From: Bacteroidia bacterium
GTDB lineage: Bacteria; Bacteroidota; Bacteroidia; Bacteroidales; GCA-2748055
DNA: 64,000 nucleotides
Direction: 5' to 3'
NCBI GenBank assembly: GCA_030639005.1
Contig: DAOWDN010000164.1
Location: forward strand, 17,369 to 81,368
Shown here in pieces: positions 1 to 8,229 of this stretch (position 1 is the stretch's first letter; each line of letters starts with the position of its first letter). The translations under genes and the position numbers were made by a program. The notes beneath the pieces were generated by a model. It was not told where the DNA came from. It saw only the letters and a program-made list of their open reading frames with translations, and made no database searches.

Positions 1-674
1 TCATCCTTAGAAAAGAACTCTAATTTTCTTGCGTTAAGGTTCACTATATAGTATGTTCCTCTGAAATAGTCAACACATTCTCCTTTATCATTTTTATATC
101 TAGGGATTTTCCCTATTATTAATTCGTAGTGTGTATCAGGTTTATTATCAAATTGAAGTTCTAAATTGACTAGTTTACCAATCGCATGTCCTAAAACCTG
201 ATTGTCTCTGAAGTACTTATGATAGTATCTATAGTAAACTGTCTCAAATTGTGTTTGTCTTAATCTGGCTTCTATATCTTCCCAGAATATCACTTGGAAA
301 GTAAAACTCTTTTCTTTTTTAAGTTCATTACTGATTTCTCTTTCAAATTTCTGAGTTTCAGAATCTCTGCTTAAAGTAGTGTACAAATAGTACTTTGAAA
401 GGGATGGATTAAACTCTTTAGCTTGATTTATTTCATAGTGTAACTCATCCTTTGTAAAAGATCGATTAGTAGACCTCACTTTGCATTGAATACCAATCCA
501 TTTATTTGATTCCAACTCTCTGGCATAAACATCAACACCATCTTGCTTCTGTCCAGGTCTACCGTGGACGTTAATATTTCCAAAAATATCTTCTGCTTCT
601 AGCATATCCTTGGCTAAATCCTCTAGCAAAATGTCATTTTCAATTTTTGGTATGTCAATAAATCTTAAATCCAT
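1..674 (-). CDS. Partial CDS (N-terminus in window, continues past position 1): Mrr-like PD-(D/E)xK restriction-endonuclease-domain protein
   Basis: Absent from the ORF track because it runs off the window. The minus-strand ATG is at 674-672 and the frame stays open to position 1. My translation begins MDLRFIDIPKIENDILLEDLAKDMLEAEDIFGNINVHGRPGQKQDGVDVYARELESNKWIGIQCKVRS. The DGVDVYA...IGIQCK pattern matches the Mrr-type D...(E/Q)xK nuclease core. It lies 66 bp downstream of the TIR gene on the same strand. Confidence 0.55.
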   Translation of the reverse strand, partial: MDLRFIDIPKIENDILLEDLAKDMLEAEDIFGNINVHGRPGQKQDGVDVYARELESNKWIGIQCKVRSTNRSFTKDELHYEINQAKEFNPSLSKYYLYTTLSRDSETQKFEREISNELKKEKSFTFQVIFWEDIEARLRQTQFETVYYRYYHKYFRDNQVLGHAIGKLVNLELQFDNKPDTHYELIIGKIPRYKNDKGECVDYFRGTYYIVNLNARKLEFFSKD

Positions 675-740
675 TTCGGGAAATATGATTACAAATAAAT
701 TGTATTAAAATGCTGCTATTTTGCATTGTTCTTTTAATTA

Positions 741-1823
741 TCAGTCATCTGCAGATTCCCAAGCTGAGAGAAAAATATTGAGCATAGCTGCTCCTTGGCT
801 TGTATAAACATTTGTAACTGTGAATGAAGATTTCGTTAGTCTTTTCGTACGTCCATCTTTATCAAATTGTATGGGTGTAAAAAGTACTGCATCATCAATT
901 AAAATGATTTCAAATGTTCTTTGTATATTATATTTCCTAAGATGACTATTGGGATTTAGCCCGTATTTTTCTAAAGTTGATATTGCTTTATTTATACAAT
1001 TATTCAATTGACAATCAAAGTCCTTATCTTGATGTGCGACATCAAGTATGTGTTTAGGAGCTGTAGGATTTAAAAAAAGACACCTGAAATCAAAACCATT
1101 CGAAGTTTTACTTTTTAGTTCTTCAAAGAACCACCAATGGTCTTTATCAAAAACCTTTCTATTCTTTCTTCCGAAAATGTACATCCTTTCCGAGGCATTG
1201 CTGAAGGCGGCTTCATATACCGCATGACTTTCAAAACCTTCACCAAAAGAAATAGTTTTACCTATTTCGGGTTCAGGTAGGCCACTTTTTTGTAATACAT
1301 CAATAACCTTTGGAAGTACTTTGGACGTATTTGTTAGTTTAACCGATCGTAGCTTTTCATCAAGTGATTTGTTAAAGTGGGCCCATTTCTCCTCAAACTC
1401 TTCCTTTAACAGGCCTTCTTCTCTCTTATATTCACCAAGTAAACCATTTAGTGATTTCATTAGTTCGTACATATCACTTTTCTCTACTGATGTAGATTGA
1501 TATTGTGAAAGAGGACCTTTTAAATCACGTTTATCCATACCAATTAAAACAGGACAAACTCTAGCCTCATCAACAACTTTTGAGATAGCCCCAGCCTCAA
1601 ATAAAAGCCATTGCGAATCTTGGTTTTCTGGAGTTAAGCATATTACTCCAATCATATCCTTAGACAGTCTAGTGCCTATTTCTTGATTCCATCTCAGACC
1701 TTTTTGAATTTCGATGGAAGACATCCAAGGTTTTAATGGATGCAGTAATCTTTTTACCAAATCGTAGAATAATTCTGCGAAAATTCTACTTCTTCGTCCT
1801 GACCAGCTAATGAATACTTCCAT
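741..1823 (-). CDS. TIR-domain protein fused to an uncharacterised ~190-aa C-terminal domain
   Basis: The N-terminus MEVFISWSGRRSRIFAELFYDLVKRLL...IGVICLTPENQDSQWLLFEAGA is the classic bacterial TIR (TIR_2-type) signature, including the W..FEAG glutamate position. It is followed by a coiled linker and a C-terminal alpha/beta-looking domain (MYIFGRKNRK...FEIILIDDAVLFTP) that I cannot assign. Confidence 0.75.
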   Translation of the reverse strand: MEVFISWSGRRSRIFAELFYDLVKRLLHPLKPWMSSIEIQKGLRWNQEIGTRLSKDMIGVICLTPENQDSQWLLFEAGAISKVVDEARVCPVLIGMDKRDLKGPLSQYQSTSVEKSDMYELMKSLNGLLGEYKREEGLLKEEFEEKWAHFNKSLDEKLRSVKLTNTSKVLPKVIDVLQKSGLPEPEIGKTISFGEGFESHAVYEAAFSNASERMYIFGRKNRKVFDKDHWWFFEELKSKTSNGFDFRCLFLNPTAPKHILDVAHQDKDFDCQLNNCINKAISTLEKYGLNPNSHLRKYNIQRTFEIILIDDAVLFTPIQFDKDGRTKRLTKSSFTVTNVYTSQGAAMLNIFLSAWESADD

Positions 1824-2046
1824 ATTCTACAAGTTATTGCTTATTTTCTATTCTTCAAGGCAGACAATCTAGAGTATAGAATTCTAACGGTATAATATAA
1901 TCTATTTGTAAAATGATGTTCTAATACAGTCACATAAATCGAGATTGATTCTAATATCGCCGCGCTTATTGATCTTAGATTTATCGTCCAATCGTCTAGG
2001 GCTTATTTGGGGCAAAAATATTTCTAGTATACTGAGCATTTGGCTA

Positions 2047-2544
2047 TCATTCATCTTTTAGAATTGGAATACCTGGAATAGTATCATATCTATAATGAGA
2101 CCTCTTCGTATTCTTTCTAATTTTTTCATTATTACAAATTATTCTAATCACAGGTGCTTCTTTTATATAAAACTCTAAGGTGCAAGGCGTATTTATGTCA
2201 TTCATCCAATACTCGATTGACATTTTTCGCTGCCGCTCCTTGTCTTTAGTATTGGAGATTTCAGTTAAAAGATCATAGTTGCCTTGATGCAGAATTTGAT
2301 CCGCTTCAACACTGACTTCGTAGAAAATAGAATTGGGATCGAGAATCCAGTATTTTTTGGCAGCATCAAAACTATTAAAAACCTTTACAACTTCATTGCG
2401 ATTTGGTTTGTCGATGGGCCTGTTATCCTCTAGAATATCTTCAATCTCAATACGTCTCGAATCACTATGGTTGTAAAATGAAGCTGAAGGTTTGATCAAT
2501 TCATTTAATTGGAAAATGCGCCTATCGATCCTATAGTACTTCAT
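2047..2544 (-). CDS. Hypothetical 165-aa protein located between the two TIR genes
   Basis: Clean ORF on the same strand, 58 bp downstream of the upstream TIR gene. I recognise no motif. Confidence 0.5.
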   Translation of the reverse strand: MKYYRIDRRIFQLNELIKPSASFYNHSDSRRIEIEDILEDNRPIDKPNRNEVVKVFNSFDAAKKYWILDPNSIFYEVSVEADQILHQGNYDLLTEISNTKDKERQRKMSIEYWMNDINTPCTLEFYIKEAPVIRIICNNEKIRKNTKRSHYRYDTIPGIPILKDE

Positions 2545-2602
2545 AAATATTTGTTTTCACATTTTAATACTCAAGTGTTTCATTCTATCCTCAAATTCTC
2601 TA

Positions 2603-3868
2603 TCATTTCATTTTCTCAATAAAATCGTATCCATCTTTAGTCATTCCAAATACGGTCCCATTTGTGCTTCTGTCACTAATAAAACCGTAATCGAGTAGTT
2701 GAAAAAGCGATGCCTCTAACTTAGCTCTTTCTCTAGGATCATTGTTGTCACTGAAAGATTTGCCATTCGTCACTAAATCATATCCATCTAATGTATCTGC
2801 TATCAGAAGAGAGCCGTTATTATCTTTATCTATTTCAGTAAGAATCTTTAATGTAATTCTGTCTAGACCGTGTGTTTTTCTAGCTTCAGACTCGTTATTC
2901 GTTTTAATGTATAAGACCTCCTTCTCTTTTACAATATTGACTATATCGTCAATATAATTTTGAGTTTTTGAAGCTGATGCTAATCTCACATTTAGTACCT
3001 CAGAAACTTCTTCGAGCATTTGATATATATCTGATTTTTGTTCTAGGTTGAAAAGATTTAGGTTATTAAGTGGCTTTTCAATTATCTCAATAACTGACTG
3101 TGAAGTTACAATTGGTATAAGTGGTTCATGTAATCCCCATCTAGCACCTAATTCAAATAGAACATAGTGAGATCGCAGGCTTGTCCTAGATATCAAACCA
3201 ATAAAGACCTTAGTATCGTGAATTTCTTTTCTTATTTGCTCATCTGTATTTACACCTCCTTTTAATTTGTGACCTTCTACAGATGTGCATCTTATCTTAT
3301 TAGGATCAATTCCCAATGAAATAATAAGCAGATCACATAGCTTGCTAGCAACTATTTTGTCAATCGAGCTATGACTAATGAACACATCCAATTCTTTGCT
3401 AATTGGTACTTGATCATTCATATTTGCTGAAGTTAAAGGTCTATCTTGTTCGCTTGGTTCTGAAAAAAGATTAATCAATAGTTCTTCAATATGCTCATTA
3501 AAATCAAGAACTAATAAGTAGTCTACATCATCAAAATAGTCTTCATTATCTGTTAAAAATTCACGAAGCTCTCTTAAGAAGGTAATTCTATCTTGCCTTA
3601 TTTCAGTCTGATGGAGTATAAAATCCTTTCTCTTCGTTTTACGAATTGAAGTGATTTTTTCTGCAAACTTTTTGTAATAGCAATTCCTACATACAGAAGT
3701 ATTATTAATAGCTGGATTATTATTGGAAATCTTACACTGCTTTCTTGCATTAAATGTGATATTGTAATTGAAAGGTTTATCTGATGGCTCACTGAAATCC
3801 TCTCTAAGTTCCAGGATCTCTTCAGTAAATTTAAAATCATCAGCAAGAGTTGATATTATATCTTTCAT
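2603..3868 (-). CDS. Three-part protein: Cys-containing N-terminal region, central TIR domain and a C-terminal winged-helix-like domain
   Basis: The central segment LDVFISHSSIDKIVASKLCDLLI...VFIGLISRTSLRSHYVLFELGARWG matches the bacterial TIR_2 pattern. The N-terminus contains CKISNN...CRNCYYKKF. The C-terminal ~90 aa (ITLKILTEIDKDNNGSLLIADT...GFISDRS) looks wHTH-like, but that assignment is weak. Confidence 0.7.
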   Translation of the reverse strand: MKDIISTLADDFKFTEEILELREDFSEPSDKPFNYNITFNARKQCKISNNNPAINNTSVCRNCYYKKFAEKITSIRKTKRKDFILHQTEIRQDRITFLRELREFLTDNEDYFDDVDYLLVLDFNEHIEELLINLFSEPSEQDRPLTSANMNDQVPISKELDVFISHSSIDKIVASKLCDLLIISLGIDPNKIRCTSVEGHKLKGGVNTDEQIRKEIHDTKVFIGLISRTSLRSHYVLFELGARWGLHEPLIPIVTSQSVIEIIEKPLNNLNLFNLEQKSDIYQMLEEVSEVLNVRLASASKTQNYIDDIVNIVKEKEVLYIKTNNESEARKTHGLDRITLKILTEIDKDNNGSLLIADTLDGYDLVTNGKSFSDNNDPRERAKLEASLFQLLDYGFISDRSTNGTVFGMTKDGYDFIEKMK

Positions 3869-3983
3869 CAGTATAGAAGTTCGAAATAAGACTCAGATCA
3901 TATCAAATAGTATTTTCATTCCAGTCCCAAATGTGATAAGTCATTTTAATTAACACAAAGTTAGCTCATTGCGGCATTCTTCT

Positions 3984-4001
3984 AATTGTTATATAACAAT
4001 T
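3984..4001. promoter_or_regulatory. Perfect 18-bp palindrome aattgttatataacaatt; candidate operator
   Basis: Read directly from the sequence: aattgttat is the reverse complement of ataacaatt. It lies in the 191-bp gap between the PH-domain gene stop (4060) and the TIR gene start (3868). Confidence 0.3.
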
Positions 4002-4059
4002 GATAGACAAACATGAATACCTTTAGAAGCTATTGAGATTACATTAATCCAACACTACA

Positions 4060-4434
4060 CTACTTTACTTTTTCACTCATTAGTTCTCCAATCTCTTTGA
4101 TATCAATTCTACTACCAAATTTAATCTCGAAAACTCCCACACCTGAAATCCAAATTTTAAAATCACTATCAAAGTCAAAAGTCCCTGCTGTTTCCACTGA
4201 GAAAGATGAAATCTTAGAATACGGAAAGAATCTAAACTCTTTCTTTTTGCCAGTTAAACCTTGAATGTCAATAGCTATTAGCCTTCTGTCAGTAAAGATT
4301 ACTCTATCTCTAGCGTGTTTGTAGGATAGTATCACTTGCTCATTATCTGAAAGGTAGACTTCGTATAGCTCTTTTCCATCACTGGAATCAACTTTATCAA
4401 CAACACTAAATTTTGCTAATAGGTCTATGGCCAT
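4060..4434 (-). CDS. Bacterial PH-domain (YokE-like) protein
   Basis: 124 aa. The core VIFTDRRLIAIDIQGLTGKKKEFRFFPYSKISSFSVE is typical of bPH/YokE-like domains. Confidence 0.55.
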   Translation of the reverse strand: MAIDLLAKFSVVDKVDSSDGKELYEVYLSDNEQVILSYKHARDRVIFTDRRLIAIDIQGLTGKKKEFRFFPYSKISSFSVETAGTFDFDSDFKIWISGVGVFEIKFGSRIDIKEIGELMSEKVK

Positions 4435-5009
4435 AATTCTGGAATTTATTGTCCTAAGTTGTTTTTTATAGAGGTTTCATTCTGGGTACAAATGCTTCTT
4501 CACGTGGTATTAGGTTGTAATGCAATCAATTACAAAAGAATAGGCTTAGCGAGTGACAAATAGAGGACACCATTGAGCATTTTGTATGCCCAAGCAGTTA
4601 AAAACAGGATATCCACGTGGAATTCTTGTTGGGTTGTGCTAAAGACCATTCTTTCAGTAATAGAGGGTTTTCAATGGCTCAGGCTAATTTAAATTATCTT
4701 CAAACAAAATCCAATTAATACTTTCAACTACGAATAGGGGAACGTCTTATTTACACAAGCCCAGGATTGGATTTGCTCTTAGCTCCCCAACCCCCAATAT
4801 TGTCTATCATATAGTCCCCCTATGCCGTTATTTAGGATTTGAAAATGTGGCCTCTTTAATACGCGCGTAAAAGTGGTCCCAGTTTTAGAGGCACATGGTA
4901 TCATTTATCAAAGTGATTTGCTATAAAAAATGGGATACAAGTTCTATGGTTCAAGGTCTGTGGTTGGAATGATTGTTGCTCCTTCTTTCATAAGCAAGAT
5001 TATTGAAGT

Positions 5010-5396
5010 ATGGTATCAATTAAGTTTAAGCATATCGTTATTGGTTTATTGATCATTTTCATTCTTTCTCTGTTTCATCGGAAGGGCAATGAGGATTATT
5101 CATATGGGCAATCCGGTACCAAGATCCCTAATCCCATCCCAATACAATCATTCGATCGTTCGATGGATTGGGAACAGGACTATCCTCCATCCTCAACATG
5201 GTCCTACAATCCTACATTCCCCACAAGGCATGAACTTCTCCAAACCAAAGTGAAGGGATATCGTGAAGAAACCTATTGGGGAGAACACACCTCAACAGCT
5301 GAAAAGGTCAGGTATATGGATGACGATGAATTTAAAGACTATTTAGAGGAAGTGGAATTAAATGATGCCGATGTATACTGGGGTGCAGAATACTAA
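5010..5396 (+). CDS. Hypothetical membrane-anchored protein
   Basis: 128-aa ORF with an N-terminal hydrophobic helix (IVIGLLIIFILSLF). No recognisable domain. Confidence 0.4.
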   Translation: MVSIKFKHIVIGLLIIFILSLFHRKGNEDYSYGQSGTKIPNPIPIQSFDRSMDWEQDYPPSSTWSYNPTFPTRHELLQTKVKGYREETYWGEHTSTAEKVRYMDDDEFKDYLEEVELNDADVYWGAEY

Positions 5397-5508
5397 TATG
5401 TTGAAGAATAGGATGCTATTTGAAGCTGCTTTCAAGCAGTCTAGTAAGCTATTGGAGTAGTTGATATATGGTTTATTAGTTTGATATACTAGCCGCAAAT
5501 ATTAAGCT

Positions 5509-5607
5509 TTAGTAAACCCGCTTGTACCTTTCGAAAACCCCATCCTTATCAGCGATAACTAGAGATCCATTGTTATCGACATAATGATAATCTGTATAGT
5601 CATTTAC
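5509..5607 (-). pseudogene. Orphaned 3' end (about 32 codons plus TAA at 5511-5509) of the gene split by the IS66 insertion
   Basis: If the IS and one copy of the target duplication are removed, the minus-strand frame of ORF 8226..8735 continues ...KLVN-DYTDYHYVDNNGSLVIADKDGVFERYKRVY-stop across this segment. I translated this by hand. Confidence 0.6.
5600..5607 (+). repeat. Left copy of the 8-bp target-site duplication tcatttac
   Basis: Identical to 8230-8237 and directly abuts the left terminal inverted repeat. An 8-bp duplication is the IS66-family hallmark. Confidence 0.85.
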
Positions 5608-5628
5608 GTAAGCCTGCGGCCTAGTACA
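5608..5628 (+). repeat. IS66 left terminal inverted repeat
   Basis: gtaagcctgcggcctagtaca compared with the reverse complement of the right end, gtaagcatacggtctggtaca. Confidence 0.8.
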
Positions 5629-5672
5629 TCTTGCGGTGGTGGCCGTTCCTAACTATCTTCCTCACAAAAAAT

Positions 5673-6017
5673 ATGTTGAGTCAAACCAAGTTCCTGGAGC
5701 TATACCAGCAGCAGCAAGAATCCGGATTAACCGTACGAGACTTTTGTTCGAATGAGGGCATTGCCCCATCTACTTTTTACTACTGGCAGAAAAAAGTCAA
5801 GAAGAATAATACAGTTCGTAATTTCATTCCCCTTTTAGTTGATCCTCCTCAGCCAATCGCCCCACAGAGTTATGTCAAGAGCCATGCCCCTGTCCCTGGC
5901 AGGGGGAACATCGATGATGCATTATTGGAGCTGGTGTATCCAAACGGTACCAAACTTCGGATCAGGCAGGACCTGGACCTTGCCCACCTGCGAACCCTTG
6001 TCTGCCTTATTGACTGA
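5673..6017 (+). CDS. tnpA: IS66 accessory protein TnpA (HTH)
   Basis: MLSQTKFLELYQQQQESGLTVRDFCSNEGIAPSTFYYWQKKV is a transposase-type HTH. I prefer the ATG at 5673 to the alternative start at 5631 given in the ORF track. Confidence 0.75.
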   Translation: MLSQTKFLELYQQQQESGLTVRDFCSNEGIAPSTFYYWQKKVKKNNTVRNFIPLLVDPPQPIAPQSYVKSHAPVPGRGNIDDALLELVYPNGTKLRIRQDLDLAHLRTLVCLID

Positions 6018-6021
6018 TCGT

Positions 6022-6363
6022 ATGTTCCATCTCCACCGATCCCTTCAATACTACCTGTATCCTTTGCCGGTAGATATGCGCAAGAGTTTTTATACCCTGA
6101 GCGGTGTTGTAAATGAGTCGATGAACCAGGATGTTCGTGGTGGTGGGGTATTCATTTTCATTAACCGCCGTCAGAACATCATGAAGATCCTTCACATGGA
6201 ATATGCCGGTATGGTGATCTATCACAAGAAGCTGGAGTCGGGCCGCTTTAGGCTCCCGGCTTTTGACGAGAATACTTCCTCTTTGGACATGGACTGGAAC
6301 GACTTGATGATGATGGTTGAGAGCGTGAAACTTCGACCTGACAAACTCAAAAAAAGAAGCTAA
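6022..6363 (+). CDS. tnpB: IS66 Orf2 / TnpB accessory protein
   Basis: MFHLHRSLQYYLYPLPVDMRKSFYTLSGVV...VFIFINRRQNIMKILHMEYAGMVIYHKKLESGRFRLP is the conserved IS66 Orf2 sequence. The ATG at 6022 lies 4 nt after the tnpA stop. Confidence 0.85.
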   Translation: MFHLHRSLQYYLYPLPVDMRKSFYTLSGVVNESMNQDVRGGGVFIFINRRQNIMKILHMEYAGMVIYHKKLESGRFRLPAFDENTSSLDMDWNDLMMMVESVKLRPDKLKKRS

Positions 6364-6459
6364 CATATCGCCTATAAATGTTGATAATGCGGGCAATTTT
6401 TCCAAGGAAAATCTAGCGTATTTTGCTATCTTCAACCCCGTAATGTACAAGCATTTGCG

Positions 6460-8166
6460 GTGGATAAACAACGAGACAAAGACAGCTTAATAGAGGCCCT
6501 TTTACAGGAGCGTGACGAGCTGTATCTGGAGCTGTCCAGGTTGCGTGAAATCGACAATGGTGCATTGAAAAAAGCGGAGGCTGTTCTAAAGAAGAAAGAC
6601 GAGAAGATAAAGCAGCAGGATGAGCAGATTAAACGCAAAGAAAAGCAGGTCACGTACCAGGAAGACAAGATTAAACAGCTGACCGATCAATTAGCCTGGT
6701 ACCGGCGCAAGTTCTGGAAGCCCACCAGTGAGAAGTACCTCCCCCAGGATCCCAACCAACGCACCATCGACTTTGATGGCCTGGAGGTATTGCCGGAGGA
6801 GGAAGAGGCCATCAAGGAAGCTGCCAGAGAAATCATCTCCTATGAACGCCAGAAGCCAGCGAAAGCTAAGAGGCAGCCTGTTCGTCAACCTATACCTGAC
6901 CATCTTCGCCGGGAAGAAGAGACCATCGAACCTGAGGATATTGATGAGAACTGGGAGCGTATCGGAGAAGAGGTTACTGAAATCCTGGAGCATAAACCAG
7001 GAGAGTTATACGTTCGTAGGATCGTTCGTCCCAAATATGTGCTGAAAAATGCTTCTTCGAAGCAGGTAGAGGATATTGAAGAGTCTGCAGATAAGATCAG
7101 GATCGGTTCATTACCACTGTTGCCACTACCCAGAAGCAATGCCGGGCCAAGTTTGCTGGCAGAGCTTCTGATCAATAAATACATGCACCACCTGCCTTTC
7201 CACCGGCAACTGGCCATGTTCAAACAATCCGGGATATCACTACCTGCCTCTACGGTCAATGGCTGGTTCAAGGGCAGTAGTGATTTACTCCGGGCATTGT
7301 ATGACAGGTTAAAAGAAATCGTACTGGCCACAGATTACATCCAGGTTGATGAGAGTACAGTACCGGTGATTGATAATAAGAAGCATCGGACGGTCAAGGC
7401 CTACTTATGGGTGGTGCGTTCTGTCATGGATAAGCTTCTGTTCTTCCATTATGACCAGGGCTCACGGGCCCAGAAGGTAGTGATTGAATTACTTCGTGAT
7501 TACCAGGGCGCTGTTCAAACGGATGGATATGAGGCCTATTCTATCTATGAGCGTAAGAAAGGTGTTTTGCTGCTGGGCTGCTGGGCGCATGCCAGACGCA
7601 AGTTTACAGAGGCATTAAAAGAAGATAAGGCCGGTGCTGAATACGCCCTGGAGCAAATCGGTATGATCTATAAGGTCGAGGACATGGCCACTGATCAGGA
7701 ACTGGACCATGAGCAGCGGGCAGAGCTTCGTAAGAAACTGGCCTATCCAGTACTCTGTGCTTTTGAAAAGTGGGTAGTGCAGTATTATCCGAAGGTGTTA
7801 CCCAAAGGAAGAATGGGCAAGGCATTGAGTTATACCTACTCTATTTTCCACCGTTTATCCAGATATCATCTGGATGGTCGATACCTGATGGATAACAATG
7901 GGGTCGAGAATGCCATCCGCCCCCTGGCTATCGGCAGAAAGAACTATATGTTCTGTGGAAATCATGATGCGGCAGAAAACGCTGCTATTATGTACTCCCT
8001 ACTGGGATCCTGCAAGGCCTGTAATGTAAATCCCAGGGAATGGCTCGTCGATGTACTGGCTCGGATCCCGGAATACAATAACGATTACTCTATGGATCTG
8101 GCTGATCTCCTACCTCACCGTTGGAAAACTTCCAGAGAACTCCAAGAAACTACTACTGAGTTGTAG
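6460..8166 (+). CDS. tnpC: IS66-family DDE transposase
   Basis: 568 aa with a coiled-coil N-terminus and the IS66 motifs HHLPFHRQ, YLWV, QTDGYEAY and CWAHARRKF. It uses a GTG start. Confidence 0.95.
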   Translation: MDKQRDKDSLIEALLQERDELYLELSRLREIDNGALKKAEAVLKKKDEKIKQQDEQIKRKEKQVTYQEDKIKQLTDQLAWYRRKFWKPTSEKYLPQDPNQRTIDFDGLEVLPEEEEAIKEAAREIISYERQKPAKAKRQPVRQPIPDHLRREEETIEPEDIDENWERIGEEVTEILEHKPGELYVRRIVRPKYVLKNASSKQVEDIEESADKIRIGSLPLLPLPRSNAGPSLLAELLINKYMHHLPFHRQLAMFKQSGISLPASTVNGWFKGSSDLLRALYDRLKEIVLATDYIQVDESTVPVIDNKKHRTVKAYLWVVRSVMDKLLFFHYDQGSRAQKVVIELLRDYQGAVQTDGYEAYSIYERKKGVLLLGCWAHARRKFTEALKEDKAGAEYALEQIGMIYKVEDMATDQELDHEQRAELRKKLAYPVLCAFEKWVVQYYPKVLPKGRMGKALSYTYSIFHRLSRYHLDGRYLMDNNGVENAIRPLAIGRKNYMFCGNHDAAENAAIMYSLLGSCKACNVNPREWLVDVLARIPEYNNDYSMDLADLLPHRWKTSRELQETTTEL

Positions 8167-8208
8167 AAATCTCTAAACAGTTTTGGAATTGGTTGGAAAA
8201 AGTGGGAG

Positions 8209-8229
8209 TGTACCAGACCGTATGCTTAC
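8209..8229 (-). repeat. IS66 right terminal inverted repeat
   Basis: See the left inverted repeat; 17 of 21 positions match. Confidence 0.8.

Larger units (their letters stand above)
5608..8229 (+). mobile_element. Complete IS66-family insertion sequence (2622 bp)
   Basis: Three-ORF IS66 layout (tnpA, tnpB, DDE transposase). The terminal inverted repeats begin GTAAGC and match at 17 of 21 positions (5608-5628 versus the reverse complement of 8209-8229). An 8-bp target duplication flanks the element. It is visibly GC-richer than the surrounding island. Confidence 0.92.

Noticed and set aside
5839-6471. Extended 174-aa tnpB ORF (5839 start) and antisense 154-aa ORF 6007..6471
   Set aside because: The conserved IS66 Orf2 begins at the ATG at 6022, immediately after the tnpA stop. 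The upstream part overlaps tnpA in another frame. The minus-strand ORF is antisense to tnpB and has no motifs.
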